NCBI GenBank assembly: GCA_963755715.1
Contig: CAVWLW010000056.1
Location: 69,454-133,453, forward strand
DNA length: 64,000 nt
Direction of reading: 5' to 3'
Origin: an uncultured delta proteobacterium
GTDB lineage: Bacteria > Desulfobacterota > Binatia > UBA9968
Below are positions 63,348 to 64,000 of this stretch, in pieces. Position numbers and translations under genes: made by a program. Under the pieces are notes generated by a model. That model was not told the origin of the DNA, did not search any database, and saw only the letters and a program-made list of their open reading frames with translations. Each line of letters begins with the position of its first letter. The stretch's first letter is position 1.

Positions 63348-63488
63348 ATGAAGTGTCCGCGTTGCCAAAATTATATTGTCCCCGAGTTTTATTGCATAAA
63401 CTGTGGTCACGTACCTCCAAGGATACAGGACCCCGTTCCGAATAATATTTCTCAACTTGAGATTCCATTGAGCCTCACCGGACAGTAA
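63348..63488 (+). CDS. 46-aa zinc-ribbon microprotein
   Basis: MKCPRC...YCINCG; GAGGA RBS. Confidence 0.68.
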   Translation: MKCPRCQNYIVPEFYCINCGHVPPRIQDPVPNNISQLEIPLSLTGQ

Positions 63489-63590
63489 GACATCACGCGA
63501 AGTCGCTAGCCTGCGCTTATTTTTGAAATACTGTTATGGGCATCTGGCTCAACGGTAAATCCGCTCACGCGAAAGAAAGGAGAAACTGCC

Positions 63591-63665
63591 ATGAATAATA
63601 TTTTCTACATAATCGGCGTTATCGTCGTAGTGGTATTCGTTGCCGGCTTTTTCGGGCTGAGATAG
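63591..63665 (+). CDS. 24-aa membrane micropeptide MNNIFYIIGVIVVVVFVAGFFGLR
   Basis: Paralog of 46248-46322; AAAGGAG RBS. Confidence 0.75.
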   Translation: MNNIFYIIGVIVVVVFVAGFFGLR

Positions 63666-63708
63666 CCCCGGAGCCTTGCGACGGTCTTCCCCGATATTTA
63701 TTCAAACC

Positions 63709-63751
63709 TGTCTAATAGTGGACGGCAATCCTTCGCGAGTCAGGTTAAGTT
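63709..63751 (+). promoter_or_regulatory. Crp-type palindrome promoter A14
   Basis: TGTCTAATAGTGGACG-N21-TAAGTT. Confidence 0.72.
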
Positions 63752-63771
63752 TCAAATCCAATACAACCCAG

Positions 63772-63879
63772 GCGCCGAGCGCGTTAGGCGCCTGGGCACA
63801 AGCGCAGGTCGCGAAATTGACGCCCACAGGAAGATGGCGCCGTAAATCGCGGATCGAGAAACGCTCGATCATTTATTAG
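63772..63879 (+). pseudogene. Decayed copy of the 46463 lipoprotein gene
   Basis: gcgttaggcgcc.tgggcacaagcgcagg and the end RKSRIEKRSIIY match; start and middle deleted. Confidence 0.65.
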
Positions 63880-64000
63880 GAGCGATCATGAATCTAATTA
63901 ATCGTGGAGTGTTGGGTTTAGCTCTGGCTCTGGCGCTGACACCAATCGCAGGCTGAGGACAATGTTGCGCTGGTAGGCAGACCTACGCTGGAACTGAGCC

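Overview
Bacterial chromosomal window. Gene content suggests a Deltaproteobacteria-like lineage such as Candidatus Binatia; this is inference from the many orphan ABC substrate-binding proteins, amidohydrolase, UbiD, M24 and BNR proteins. About ten genes are split by single-base indels, probably long-read errors. 1-16 kb is a catabolic/transport region. 16-25 kb holds housekeeping-type genes: an RRM protein, an RNA methyltransferase, a cyanobacterial-like glgC, dnaJ-cbpM, a GT4/GH130 pair and a CarD-like gene. From about 25 kb to the end lies a mosaic general-stress/dormancy-type island: CsbD, BON x2, DUF3185 x3, DUF3309-like peptides, entericidin, YtxH, PRC-barrel, ferritin-like, SOD, FtsH, DGC, hybrid kinase, PBP, Crp/Fnr, many microproteins and decaying duplicates. 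The main discovery is non-coding, two interleaved promoter families with rigid geometry. (A) 14 copies of a 16-bp palindrome, consensus (T/C/G)GTYYAATATTRRAC(A), 21 nt upstream of a -10 hexamer in 13 of 14 copies; this is Crp/Fnr class II geometry and fits the MrpC-type TGTY-N8-RAC motif. (B) 7 copies of a tandem enhancer CGACC-TTTT-GGTCG placed 108-109 nt upstream of a sigma54 -24/-12 promoter. One sigma54 promoter sits upstream of the island's own Crp/Fnr gene, suggesting a two-tier bEBP/sigma54 -> Crp cascade resembling Myxococcus MrpB->MrpC. Also present: a conserved leader hairpin, a candidate sRNA/attenuator and a group II intron 3' remnant. No rRNA, tRNA or CRISPR array was seen.
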